A stretch of DNA of 64,000 nucleotides from an uncultured delta proteobacterium. GTDB lineage: Bacteria > Desulfobacterota > Desulfobacteria > Desulfobacterales > QNYZ01. The notes under the pieces were generated by a model, which searched no databases, was not told the origin of the DNA, and was given only the letters and a program-made list of their open reading frames with translations. Positions 19,342-29,236 of the stretch are shown here, one piece after another. The stretch spans positions 96,001-160,000 of the forward strand of contig CAWJQU010000003.1 in assembly GCA_963845145.1 (NCBI GenBank). Direction: 5' to 3'. Position numbers and translations under genes: made by a program. Each line of letters starts with the position of its first letter. Position 1 is the first letter of the stretch.

Positions 19342-21074
19342 TGGTCATCCTCCTTTATAATATCCACTTTTTCGATCTTCCCATTAAATATTTCAATTGC
19401 ATCATTTATGATGGGGTGTTCCAGCGCTTTCTGCTGCAATTCCCCATTTTGTTCCCTGGGCGCCCTCTTTTTTTTTTGAACGGCCGTTCCTGCCCGAATG
19501 GTCAAAACCGTCTCCGAACCATATGCTTCTTTTATCAGTTGTTCGAGTCGGACCCGGTTTCTTTTTCGATTCACTATCTCCAGATTAAACGGCTTTCCGT
19601 TTACTTCAAGCACCAGATGGTTTTTATCTTTATGGGTTCTATCCGTGACGATAAGCTTGCTTTCGGTCAAGCTTGCGGAAAGGGCCGGAGCCGCTTCCTC
19701 CAGTCCCCGGCAAATTTGCGCCCAGACTTGCTCCGGCTGCGACCGTTTTTCAGATGAAATATGGGAACTTACCCGCGGTACATCCTCATACTCTAGCTCC
19801 GGCGCAACAGGCGGGACATCTATTTCCGGTGGTAGAGCCTGAACGGGTTTAGGCGTCTGTTGTTTAGGCGGTAAAGTCGGAACTGGATCAGGTGTTTGTT
19901 GTTTAGCGAGATTGGAAGCCGGTTCCGTTGCCAGAGATGTCTTTAGTTGATCCAGCTTTTCGATAAGTGTGTCGATGGGCAAAGCAGGCTGCGTTTGAGT
20001 GAGTTTAATAAAAACCATCTCCATGGCCATTCGGGGGTGAGAAGAAAGACGCACCGTCGCCTCTTCGCGATAGAGAAAATCAAAAACCAAAGCCAGCTGC
20101 GTTTCGGATACCGATTCAACCTGACGCGCCATTCCATCAATTTCCGCTTGAGGGCGATCAATTAATTTATCGGTGGCTTTGGATAGCTTAATTACGGTCA
20201 GATCGCGAACATAGGCCAATAAGTCGATATAGACCCTACCGATATCCTGTCCGTTTTTGTATATATTCCCTAAAAGCGTCAACATTCGGCGCACATCAAC
20301 GGATAGCACAGCATCACAAAGCTCATACAGAATCGATCCAGCCACACCACCAAGGACATCAAGAACAAAATCGGGTGTCACCGGTCCCTCTGAACCAGCC
20401 ATCACCTGATCAAGAAGGCTCAAAGCATCCCGCATGCTCCCGTCGGCCTGACGGGCAATCAGGGCCAGGCTCTCCGCATGAACCTCCACCTGCTCCTGTT
20501 GGCATACCGTTTCCAAGTGAGAGGAGATGTCCCCATGATCAATACGGCGTAAATCGTGTCGTTGGCAGCGCGATAAAATAGTAATGGGAATTTTTTTGAT
20601 CTCGGTCGTGGCAAACATAAACAGGACATGTGGCGGCGGCTCTTCAAGGGTTTTTAACAATGCGTTAAAAGCCGATGTGCTGAGCATGTGCACTTCATCA
20701 ATAATATAGATTTTATACCGGCCGGTATTGGGCAAAAAAACAATATTATCCCGCAGCTCGCGTATCTGATCGACGCTGTTATTGGAAGCCCCATCGATTT
20801 CAAAAACATCCGCAGCACTGTCGGCGGTGATCTCACGACACGATTGGCAGATGTTGCAGGGTTTTGGGGCCGGCCCCTTTTCACAATTCATGGCCTTGGC
20901 CAGTATCCGGGCAACCGTTGTCTTTCCCGTGCCCCGGGGGCCGGAAAAAAGAATGGCATGGGCCACACGATTGGCTGTAATCGAATGACTAAGGGTTTGG
21001 GTGACATGTTCCTGGCCCACGACATCGTCAAAGACCTGGGGCCGATATTTCCTGGCTAAAACGAGATAGGACAC
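19338..21074 (-). CDS. dnaX: DNA polymerase III subunit gamma/tau
   Basis: [21 protein letters not shown], zinc motif, DEVHML, SRC; GTG start at 21074 with AGGAG RBS. Confidence 0.97.
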   Translation of the reverse strand: MSYLVLARKYRPQVFDDVVGQEHVTQTLSHSITANRVAHAILFSGPRGTGKTTVARILAKAMNCEKGPAPKPCNICQSCREITADSAADVFEIDGASNNSVDQIRELRDNIVFLPNTGRYKIYIIDEVHMLSTSAFNALLKTLEEPPPHVLFMFATTEIKKIPITILSRCQRHDLRRIDHGDISSHLETVCQQEQVEVHAESLALIARQADGSMRDALSLLDQVMAGSEGPVTPDFVLDVLGGVAGSILYELCDAVLSVDVRRMLTLLGNIYKNGQDIGRVYIDLLAYVRDLTVIKLSKATDKLIDRPQAEIDGMARQVESVSETQLALVFDFLYREEATVRLSSHPRMAMEMVFIKLTQTQPALPIDTLIEKLDQLKTSLATEPASNLAKQQTPDPVPTLPPKQQTPKPVQALPPEIDVPPVAPELEYEDVPRVSSHISSEKRSQPEQVWAQICRGLEEAAPALSASLTESKLIVTDRTHKDKNHLVLEVNGKPFNLEIVNRKRNRVRLEQLIKEAYGSETVLTIRAGTAVQKKKRAPREQNGELQQKALEHPIINDAIEIFNGKIEKVDIIKEDDQ

Positions 21075-21179
21075 GAAGTGGCGTTCTCCTAATCGCCCCA
21101 TCGACCAGCCGCGCCATGGCGGTGGCCGACCAAACGATCATTTTCTAAACTCGGTTCTATGGCGAAATAATAAATGATG

Positions 21180-21273
21180 TGGCGGAGAGAGAGGGATTCG
21201 AACCCTCGGTACTGCTATAAACAGCACACACGATTTCCAGTCGTGCTCCTTCAGCCAGCTCGGACATCTCTCC
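21180..21273 (-). tRNA. tRNA-Ser (anticodon GGA)
   Basis: GGAGAGA/TCTCTCC acceptor stem, CACGA-CTGGAAA-TCGTG anticodon arm, long variable arm, GGTTCGAATCC, encoded CCA. Confidence 0.96.
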
Positions 21274-21284
21274 GCTAAACGGGT

Positions 21285-21313
21285 GGCATATCTTTATGCG
21301 AACCTTTTGTCAA
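21285..21313 (-). promoter_or_regulatory. Putative sigma70 promoter for tRNA-Ser/dnaX operon (TTGACA-17-TATGCC)
   Basis: Perfect -35 correctly placed upstream of the tRNA 5' end. Confidence 0.5.
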
Positions 21314-21605
21314 TATTAGTGGAAGGGTAACCTCGCACTCACTCCTTAACCACTTAATATTACAAATTTTAATGTTACAAATATTTAAAGATACCGTCAA
21401 AAGTACGATCGTCGAATCTTTGCTGCCTATTAAAAAAACAACCCTGAAAATCCCTAATTGTATTTCCAAGGCTTCGTTCAAAAAGATGCATGTTTAAACT
21501 TCGTCAAGATAATGAATTATTATAGATTAATCAAGCCAATTTTTGGTGGTTTTAATAATGGGCGTTATCGAAATATATTTGAGGGTGAACCCTCCTGGAA
21601 GAGGC

Positions 21606-22586
21606 TCAGGGGCAGCGGATGCCGGTAATGGTGTCCTGGCTAAAATCAAACAAGGTGGCGCAAGCGTCATTCGTTGTTAATTCAACCGTAGGCGGTTTGC
21701 ATACTTGGCCGATAACGCCGGCGGTGATCCCCCGATCAGAAAAAATTTTCTTAACCGGCGCCACATTGGCGCCAGGCACAGAAAGAATGAAACCGAAGCT
21801 TTGGAAACACAGCACCCACTGTTCCAGGTTTAATTCGTCAGGTTTGGGAATAGCATGCAAGTCGATGGTGGCCCCTTTACCAGAATTTTCCATCATTATG
21901 GCCGCAGTGCCAAGGATACCGGCATTGCTGATATCCTTGGCTGCTGATACTAAATGGGAATCGGCGATAATGGGCAATGCCTCTAACCGGTGGCGCAGGG
22001 CCTCCGGTGTTTTACCCGAATTGGCATCCCAGCTGGTCACCGACTTGCACCCAGCCCGCCCGTCCAGGTCCACGGCCAGGATGAGCTGGTCGCCTTCTGC
22101 GGCCAAGTGGCTATGGAGCAGGTTATTAGCACGCCCGATGATGGTGACACTCAGAGCAGGGTGAGAGGTCGGTGCATCCGGGTGCAGATGGCCCCCCAGC
22201 ATGGGGACCTGAAGCTTACGACATCCTTTTACGATGCCATCCACAATCAGGCGCCGTTGTTCTTCATCGCCACTGGCAAGTACATTTACCATGCCGATGG
22301 GCCGTCCGCCCATGGAGTAGATATCATTCACTGTGACCATGACGGAAGCTTTGCCGGCAGCATAAGGTTCGTTTATCAGAAGGCTGGTCATGATTCCATC
22401 GGCTGCTATCAGTAGATACTCGTCATGCCAGGGTATTGCGGCGGCATCGTCGCCATAATTGGGAAGCATCTCACCAAATTGATGCGTGTGCTTGAGCTGC
22501 TCGAATACAGCCTGAATCGGCTGTTTGCGGGTCACACCACCGTAAGTTCTGACGCGGTGGATGATGTCGACTAATTGGCTTTGCAT
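21606..22586 (-). CDS. AIR synthase (PurM/SelD-like) related protein, sll0787 family
   Basis: GDDAAAIP, AADG, VNDIYSMGGRP, GGH, KDISNAG; likely start MQSQ at 22586. Confidence 0.88.
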   Translation of the reverse strand: MQSQLVDIIHRVRTYGGVTRKQPIQAVFEQLKHTHQFGEMLPNYGDDAAAIPWHDEYLLIAADGIMTSLLINEPYAAGKASVMVTVNDIYSMGGRPIGMVNVLASGDEEQRRLIVDGIVKGCRKLQVPMLGGHLHPDAPTSHPALSVTIIGRANNLLHSHLAAEGDQLILAVDLDGRAGCKSVTSWDANSGKTPEALRHRLEALPIIADSHLVSAAKDISNAGILGTAAIMMENSGKGATIDLHAIPKPDELNLEQWVLCFQSFGFILSVPGANVAPVKKIFSDRGITAGVIGQVCKPPTVELTTNDACATLFDFSQDTITGIRCP

Positions 22587-22590
22587 GGTA

Positions 22591-24135
22591 TTACCCAATT
22601 TGAAAATCCTCAGGTACCCGACCCAAATCTGCTTGCATCTGCTGATGTGCCCGACCATGAAAGGTTTCCGGCGCACCGATGGTGGCCCAGCCGAGCTTTT
22701 GAAAAAACCGGACATTTTTTTCTTGGATATGCGCGGTAAATTCCTTACACCCTTTTTTCTTAACCCGCTTCATGGCTTCTTTAACCAGTAATTCCCCAAC
22801 TCGAAAAGTCCGGTGATCCGGGTGAACCGCCAAGCGCCCGCCGATCCAATTCCCGTTGCCACTATGTGGGTCGTGAAACACCCGCACGGTGCCCACGATT
22901 GTATCCCTTTGCCTGGCGACGAGGTGAATGCTTGACCGGTCATGCTCGTCCTGGTCCGTGCTGGTGAAAATGCCCTGTTCTTCCACAAAGACAGCATGGC
23001 GAATCGCAAATGCCTCGGCGCGTTCCTGGTCGGACCGGGCACTGTGGCAGATTAAATCCGCCATAGGCTTTTCATAGGTGCCAAGGGCCGAGCAGGCCCC
23101 ACAGCGAACGCATCCGGCGCGATTGTTCTGTGCCCTAAGCCCCTTTCGGCGAAGTATCTTAGCCACCGCCGTATAAATTTGGTGCATCAACGCCGGTGCC
23201 GGGGGTTTTTGGTTTTCCAGCAAGGATCCAGGAATGGGCCGAAGCGGTACGATAAAGGGGTAGACGCCTAGATCGGCCAGAATCTCGCTACCATAGACCA
23301 ACGATTCCGGTGGCTCACCCAATCCGGCGATAAGGAAACTGCTCACCTGGTTGGGGCCAAAAAGCGCTACTGCTCGCTGCCAGGCCTTTTCATAATGGGC
23401 AAATCCAATTTGACTTTTTACAGGCGCCACCCGTTTTAGCGTGGGACCATGAAAGCTTTCGATGTGAATTCCCACCGTGTCTACCCCGGCCTGTTTTAAC
23501 GAATCCATTAATGCCAAGTCGTTAGGTGGGATAAATTGGACATGGATGGGTAAATCAACCCGTGCCTTGATGGCTTCTGCGCATTTGGCCAGGTATTCGA
23601 TTTCCGATCCAGGTGGGTCCCCCGTTCCAGAAGTCATTACCATGTGACGCACACCGTCCTCGTTAGCTGCGAGACTTGCTACTTCTGCCAGTTGCCGCGG
23701 CGTTTTGCGGGCAATGGTGCTTCCTTTTTCAAGTGATATCTGGGTAGCACAAAAAGTGCATCGCCGGTTGGTTTTCCAGTTGACACACTGCTGCAGCACG
23801 GTGGTGGCCAAACAGTCCTTGCCGTGCAGTAAGGCAATCTTATGGAAGGGAATGCCGTTCTCATCAGACTGGCTATAGAAATAGGGGGCGGGAACCACTC
23901 GGGTGCCGGCCACAGGTTGGCCCTCTTTTAACAACGTATATTGGCCGCCATTATGGCCATCGGCCAGAGAAAACGGCGAGTCTGATGTATATGCGGCCCG
24001 AATGGGCACATTCACCGGAATGTTGTCCAGCAAAAAGGCCCTGCCTTCCGCCGGTCCGGCGCCGCCGCTTCGCCCCAGAATCGTTTCCGGCACGCGAACC
24101 CCCAGGCTTTGTATTTCAGTAATTATATTTTTCAT
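22591..24135 (-). CDS. MSMEG_0568-family radical SAM protein fused to a C-terminal MSMEG_0567-type GNAT acetyltransferase
   Basis: R.GGAGP, KIALLHG..CLATTVLQ, CX8CX2C cluster motif, AGCVRCGACS; then IRHAVFVEEQ..GTVR..WIGGRLAV. Confidence 0.88.
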   Translation of the reverse strand: MKNIITEIQSLGVRVPETILGRSGGAGPAEGRAFLLDNIPVNVPIRAAYTSDSPFSLADGHNGGQYTLLKEGQPVAGTRVVPAPYFYSQSDENGIPFHKIALLHGKDCLATTVLQQCVNWKTNRRCTFCATQISLEKGSTIARKTPRQLAEVASLAANEDGVRHMVMTSGTGDPPGSEIEYLAKCAEAIKARVDLPIHVQFIPPNDLALMDSLKQAGVDTVGIHIESFHGPTLKRVAPVKSQIGFAHYEKAWQRAVALFGPNQVSSFLIAGLGEPPESLVYGSEILADLGVYPFIVPLRPIPGSLLENQKPPAPALMHQIYTAVAKILRRKGLRAQNNRAGCVRCGACSALGTYEKPMADLICHSARSDQERAEAFAIRHAVFVEEQGIFTSTDQDEHDRSSIHLVARQRDTIVGTVRVFHDPHSGNGNWIGGRLAVHPDHRTFRVGELLVKEAMKRVKKKGCKEFTAHIQEKNVRFFQKLGWATIGAPETFHGRAHQQMQADLGRVPEDFQIG

Positions 24136-24510
24136 AACGCCAACCGCGTATTGTTTATTAATAATATTGGCTAACCGTAGTGCCAAACATGCTTCAAGCA
24201 GAGTTTTGGATTGAAGCCTGCACCCCCTAATAGCCCCCCTACCCTATCAACTCGTTTCTGAACGAACCCTCATTGCAACTATTCGGGAAAAACCAGAAGG
24301 ATGGGTAATCGTGCGTACCATAAAACAAAATAAACCGGAAGTCACTATTTTGTATTGGTAACGCCGCTGGCCAAACGGCGGGCATTCATGAGACAAATGC
24401 CTGCTTCAAATGGTGCGATGTACTGTAGGCGACTGAACCATTCCGGTTTTTTGGGGATTTTCCCATGGCCTCGGCCCATATTTTGTCATTTTCGATGGCT
24501 GGTAGGTGGG

Positions 24511-25593
24511 TCAGTTATTCGACTTAAAGGCGAGTCGTTGGATCAGGTTCGCTGCTATAGGGTAGGTACGATCTATGTTGGCCCCAAAGGGTTTGCCTGC
24601 GACTCGGGAATTGATCTCGGTAATATCCATACCAACCAGTTGAATATCCACGCCACCGGTTTGAACGATGGTATCGATTAACCGATAGATATGGGTTTCC
24701 GCAAGGCCCTGCCAATTTTTAAATCTTACGCCTTCAAGCGCATTGCGTGCACCGATATCCATGTCGATGGATACATAAACAAACGGCGTCCGAATTTTTT
24801 TCAAAAGGCTCTTTAATTTAGTTGGTTTTAGTAGGCATTCTTTCTTGGTGATAATGGTGGCCCCTTTTTGTTTGAGGTTCGTCCAGGCCGCAACATAATC
24901 GGCAATCCGCCGGTCCCTGATACGAAAGGCTTTTTTTCCGGGATAGTCGCTAACCCCGACGATGTAGAGATCCCTGGGAGAAACCATACCCGCTTCGACC
25001 AGATGATAAATAAAGGTGCTGGCATTGTAACTTTCGGCGCGATTCTGAATGAGCGGATCCAGGGGGTCATATAGGGATTGGGGGTTGGTGTCCATATCAT
25101 AGGCGATGGCCCCGGCCAGCCCGGACATGGGCACAGCGTCGGTATGGCTGTCCACGACAATCAGGGAAATATTTTCCCTGCCATAGTGCTTGGCTAAGGC
25201 TGTATAGGCGCCACCTGTGAGGGAGTGGTCCACCGCCACCATGCATGGCAGGTCTGGTAATATGGTCTCAGCCACGAGCTGCTCGACCTTTTCGGCATAT
25301 TTACGGCAGCCGCCTGAATCGATAAAATCGACCATGGCTTCCACTGCAACGAGGTCCCTGTCGCTGTCCGGGGGGATTGGCCGCAACCAACCCGGTACGG
25401 GTACTGTGCCCCCGATATGCCAATGGTCATCGGGAACAACTTGGTGCAAAGCTTCCAGAAAGGGCACCATCGGGTCATCGGTGGACCCACCAGTCCATGA
25501 TACGGAGCGCTTTTCCTGAATAGCATCATGCTTTTCATCGCAATCCAGAGGGCAACCGAAAAGAACCACTTTTTTTTCAGCCGGGCAAATCAC
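24511..25593 (-). CDS. Arginase/ureohydrolase-superfamily metallohydrolase
   Basis: DHS, DSHTD and SIDMD metal motifs, MDITE. Confidence 0.85.
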   Translation of the reverse strand: MICPAEKKVVLFGCPLDCDEKHDAIQEKRSVSWTGGSTDDPMVPFLEALHQVVPDDHWHIGGTVPVPGWLRPIPPDSDRDLVAVEAMVDFIDSGGCRKYAEKVEQLVAETILPDLPCMVAVDHSLTGGAYTALAKHYGRENISLIVVDSHTDAVPMSGLAGAIAYDMDTNPQSLYDPLDPLIQNRAESYNASTFIYHLVEAGMVSPRDLYIVGVSDYPGKKAFRIRDRRIADYVAAWTNLKQKGATIITKKECLLKPTKLKSLLKKIRTPFVYVSIDMDIGARNALEGVRFKNWQGLAETHIYRLIDTIVQTGGVDIQLVGMDITEINSRVAGKPFGANIDRTYPIAANLIQRLAFKSNN

Positions 25594-25618
25594 AGGTGTA
25601 GTGGATCCCCTTTATCAT

Positions 25619-26638
25619 TTATCCTGTTTTACAAAACGCATCGCGCGCCTTTGGCAGCTGTAATACATTTTCAAGAGGTGATAGCGGTGCAATACCACAA
25701 CCCGGTGTCAGGAAATCTGTCCCGTTTTCAAGGCACTGGATGGATTCCTGGTAACACGCATCCGCAGAGCCCATGAAAAGCGTCGTGGCCGCAGCTACGT
25801 TTCCAAATACGCGTACGTTTTTCTTGTGGGCCACTTCCACCGCGGTTTTCATGTCGGCTTTTTCCTCGATGCTGATACCGGCAATCCCTGTTTCGCACAT
25901 GAAGGGGATGATCTTGTCTGTATTGGCGCAGATGTGAAGAACCACCGGTCCTTTTGACTTGGCCACCACCTCCGTAATCACCGGTTGCACCAACGTTTGC
26001 CAGAATTTCGGGCTCATCAGTGCCGGTCCGGATGACGGTTCTGCGATACAATAGTAATCCGCCCCCTGATCAAAGGCCCAATTGATGACATCGACCATGA
26101 CGGCCTTGGTAACATCCAGGACTTGGGCCACCTTGTCTTTAGCCTTCATGGTCCACTTTAAAAAGGTTTCCGTTCCCACCAGATTACAGGCGGCGGTCCA
26201 GGGGCCCTCAGATTCGCCAAAGACCACTATGTCGTCGCCCACCTTTTCTTTTAGAATGCGAAACTGCTCCTTATACGCGGGGAAGCGCCCGAGTTCGAAG
26301 AAGTTATCCGGATACGCCAAGCCGTCCAAACTGGCCGCATAGGGATGCTCTTTTATGAAGTATTGCAGATCTATCTGAGGCTCTCCCAAAGCACACCCGA
26401 GTACTTCGCTCACCGGTGTGATATCCCAACCCATGGCTTTGATCCATTCAAATCCGGCGATTTGATGGCCGGCAATGGCCAGGTCCGCCATGAGTTTGGG
26501 ATCCGTGTCCGCCTCCGGCCGCACGGCGCCACATTTATTCATCAGTTCCACAATGCCGTAAGTTGTGGTGCAACCCACCGGCACCATGTCCACATCTTGT
26601 CCTTCCAATCGCCTCATGAAGCGTTCTTTTAGATTCAT
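25619..26638 (-). CDS. MtaA/CmuA-family methylcobamide:thiol methyltransferase (UroD fold)
   Basis: Zn ligands LHIC and PGCG, GN motif; 339 aa. Confidence 0.85.
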   Translation of the reverse strand: MNLKERFMRRLEGQDVDMVPVGCTTTYGIVELMNKCGAVRPEADTDPKLMADLAIAGHQIAGFEWIKAMGWDITPVSEVLGCALGEPQIDLQYFIKEHPYAASLDGLAYPDNFFELGRFPAYKEQFRILKEKVGDDIVVFGESEGPWTAACNLVGTETFLKWTMKAKDKVAQVLDVTKAVMVDVINWAFDQGADYYCIAEPSSGPALMSPKFWQTLVQPVITEVVAKSKGPVVLHICANTDKIIPFMCETGIAGISIEEKADMKTAVEVAHKKNVRVFGNVAAATTLFMGSADACYQESIQCLENGTDFLTPGCGIAPLSPLENVLQLPKARDAFCKTG

Positions 26639-26777
26639 ATGCCATCTCTCCTTTTTTTGCCGTACCGTCGGCTACTAACGGTGATTGGTGATCAGGGCTT
26701 TGCTACTTGAAACCAGAGGATAAATCTTCTCAATTTACACGTCGTTCTCTACTCCCTGATGAAGTGAAAAACACTTT

Positions 26778-27491
26778 TTATACCGCCAGGTGGTCGAGAA
26801 TGATCTGTTGATCATCCATCAGTTCCTGGGTAGTAGCAACTCCGGTAATTTTTCCTTTGGTGCTCATTAAATAGTGCCGGCTGGCCACCTTTAAGGCCAT
26901 ACGGTAATTCTGCTCTACGACCAGCAAGGTCATTCCTGATTTGACACAAAAATTCCGGACGATTTCCGTTACATGATCCACCAGCAGGGGTGAGAGGCCC
27001 TGTGAAGGTTCGTCAAGAATAATTATTTTGGGATTGCTGATGAGGGCTCGTCCGATGGCTAACATTTGCTGCTCACCCCCACTGAGGGTAGCGCCGTCTT
27101 GTTTATTGCGATCCGCCAGTACCGGAAAATGTTCATATACCCGCTCTAAGGTCCACGGTTTTGAGCCATTGCCGGGACGCGCCGCCAGTTTGAGATTCTC
27201 TTCCACCGAAAGCCCCGGAAAGATATGCCTTTCAGCCGGCACGTAAGCAACACCCAGGTTGGATACACGGTGAGCCGGCCAGCCGGTGGTGTCTTTACCG
27301 GCGATGGCAACAGTGCCGGACCTTGGTGGCGTCAGCCCCATCACTGATCGCAAAGTCGTGGTCTTGCCCACACCGTTTCGACCCAAAATCGATACGGCTT
27401 CCTGGGCTTTTACAAACAAGGAGAGCCCTTGAATAATATAACTCTCACCGTAGTAGGTATGAATATCTTTTACTTGCAGAATATTAGGCAT
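26778..27491 (-). CDS. livF: Branched-chain amino acid-type ABC ATPase
   Basis: GRNGVGKTT, LSGGEQQMLAIGRAL, VEQN. Confidence 0.9.
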   Translation of the reverse strand: MPNILQVKDIHTYYGESYIIQGLSLFVKAQEAVSILGRNGVGKTTTLRSVMGLTPPRSGTVAIAGKDTTGWPAHRVSNLGVAYVPAERHIFPGLSVEENLKLAARPGNGSKPWTLERVYEHFPVLADRNKQDGATLSGGEQQMLAIGRALISNPKIIILDEPSQGLSPLLVDHVTEIVRNFCVKSGMTLLVVEQNYRMALKVASRHYLMSTKGKITGVATTQELMDDQQIILDHLAV

Positions 27492-28230
27492 CTTTTCCAA
27501 GGTAGGCCTCTCTGACCAATTGATTGGTCTTGATCTCTTCGGGTACCCCTTCGGCGATAACACTGCCATAGTGCAGCACCGTGATTTTATCTGAGATCCT
27601 CATGACCATATCCATGTCATGCTCCACCAGCACAATCGAGATCTCTTCCGCCAGTCCTCTGATCAGATTAGAAATATGATTGGTTTCCGCCGGAGACATG
27701 CCGGCCGTGGGCTCATCCAGAAAGAGGATCTGGGGACTACCGGCCAGCGCGATAGCGACTTCAAGAACTCGCTGGTCACCGTATGCCAAATTTTTCGCCT
27801 GCCGAAGGGCCAGATCCTGAAGGCCAAGCCGTTCCAATATGGACCAGGTTTCCTCGGACACTTTTTTTAAACTGTTTTTTGTGGAAAAAATATTTAAGGA
27901 CCCGCCTTCACGGGCCTGCCTGGCAATCCTTACATTTTCAAATACGGTCAGGTTTTGGAAGATGCTGGTAATCTGAAAGGTACGGCAAATGCCCATTTTG
28001 ACGAGTTCATGGGTCGGTTTGTTGGTGATTTCGGTCCCTTGGAAAAAGACCTTTCCGGAGCTGGCCGTTATGCGGCCGGTAATGATATTGATAAAGGTTG
28101 TCTTACCGGCACCGTTGGGGCCAATAATGGATCTCAAACCACTATCTTCGATGTCGATACATACACAATCTGTCGCCAAAACGCCGCCAAATTGACGGCA
28201 TAGATCATCAGTGCATAAAAAGGCTTCCAT
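27484..28230 (-). CDS. livG: Branched-chain amino acid-type ABC ATPase
   Basis: GPNGAGKTT, RTFQ, LDEPTAG, VEHDM, AYLG. Confidence 0.9.
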   Translation of the reverse strand: MEAFLCTDDLCRQFGGVLATDCVCIDIEDSGLRSIIGPNGAGKTTFINIITGRITASSGKVFFQGTEITNKPTHELVKMGICRTFQITSIFQNLTVFENVRIARQAREGGSLNIFSTKNSLKKVSEETWSILERLGLQDLALRQAKNLAYGDQRVLEVAIALAGSPQILFLDEPTAGMSPAETNHISNLIRGLAEEISIVLVEHDMDMVMRISDKITVLHYGSVIAEGVPEEIKTNQLVREAYLGKDA

Positions 28231-28240
28231 AATGCTTAAA

Positions 28241-29236
28241 TTAGTACCTTCGCAGCCGTTTTAGATAAGAACCGAGGCCGACGAAACCCGTCGGCATAAA
28301 CAAAACCAGAAAGATAACAACCAAGCCTAAATAAATTTCCCAATGCTCGGTCATGGTGCTGATGTAATCTTGGATATAGATGAAAATCCCTGCACCGACC
28401 AGAGGCCCCCAGAGGGTTCCCATGCCGCCCAGGAGTACCATCATTAGTACACCGGCACCGGCAAATGAACTCATGGTGGTGGGGCCGATATACCCTTTAT
28501 AGAGGATGAAGAGCGCACCGGAAATACTTGCCAAAATACAGGCCAGCATCCAGCCATAGAGTTTATAGCGACGGACATTGATGCCCACAAAGGCCGCACG
28601 CTCCTCATTCTCGCGGATGGCTTCCAGTACTGCGCCAAATGGAGATCTGATAATTCGCCGGGTGAGAAAAAAGCATATACTCACTATCACCAGGGTCATT
28701 AGATAGATGTGCGTCGGATTTCCCGTGTTGCCTATTGACCAACCAAACAGCTGGATATCCGGACTGGGAACTCCCATCAGGCCATCATCTCCGCCGGTGA
28801 CATCGTACCATTTCCATACAATCGTATGAAACATCATCCCAAAAGCAAGGGTCAGCAATGCAAAGGCCAGCCCTCCCGTGCGCACCTGAACCCAGCCCAC
28901 CGGCAGGGCCACGACACTCGTAACGATAATCCCGGCCAGGCCTGCCAGCCATAATGAAGTAGGGGATATGTGGATAAGAAACAGGCCGACAATATAGGCT
29001 CCGATTCCGAGGTAGGCATTGTGCATAAAGGATAGCAACCCGGTGTACCCTAAAAGCACATCCAGGCTCATGGCCAGGAGTCCGTATATCATAATTTCAG
29101 TGATAAGGCTGATATAGAACCGGTTGTTCCACACAAACGGCAGTAGCGCCAGTGCGAGAAAGAGCGCAACAAGAGCGACAATTTTAATGGGAGCAGCCGA
29201 TGGATGGTCATCGGGGATTGTGGTTGACACACTCAT
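28241..29236 (-). CDS. livM: Branched-chain amino acid-type ABC permease
   Basis: GYTGLLSF, TGGDDG, SPFG..L.AIRENE. Confidence 0.9.
   Translation of the reverse strand: MSVSTTIPDDHPSAAPIKIVALVALFLALALLPFVWNNRFYISLITEIMIYGLLAMSLDVLLGYTGLLSFMHNAYLGIGAYIVGLFLIHISPTSLWLAGLAGIIVTSVVALPVGWVQVRTGGLAFALLTLAFGMMFHTIVWKWYDVTGGDDGLMGVPSPDIQLFGWSIGNTGNPTHIYLMTLVIVSICFFLTRRIIRSPFGAVLEAIRENEERAAFVGINVRRYKLYGWMLACILASISGALFILYKGYIGPTTMSSFAGAGVLMMVLLGGMGTLWGPLVGAGIFIYIQDYISTMTEHWEIYLGLVVIFLVLFMPTGFVGLGSYLKRLRRY

Noticed and set aside
19826..19903. 13-aa tandem repeat KQQTP.PV..LPP in DnaX
   Set aside because: Ordinary variation in the Pro-rich tau linker
21075..21179. SRP RNA (ffs), often found upstream of dnaX
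   Set aside because: No SRP domain IV motif (GGAA tetraloop with AGCAG) or long hairpin is visible
24170..24186. Possible sigma54 promoter TTGGCACTACGGTTAGC upstream of the radical SAM gene
   Set aside because: GG-to-GC spacing is 11 nt rather than the required 10
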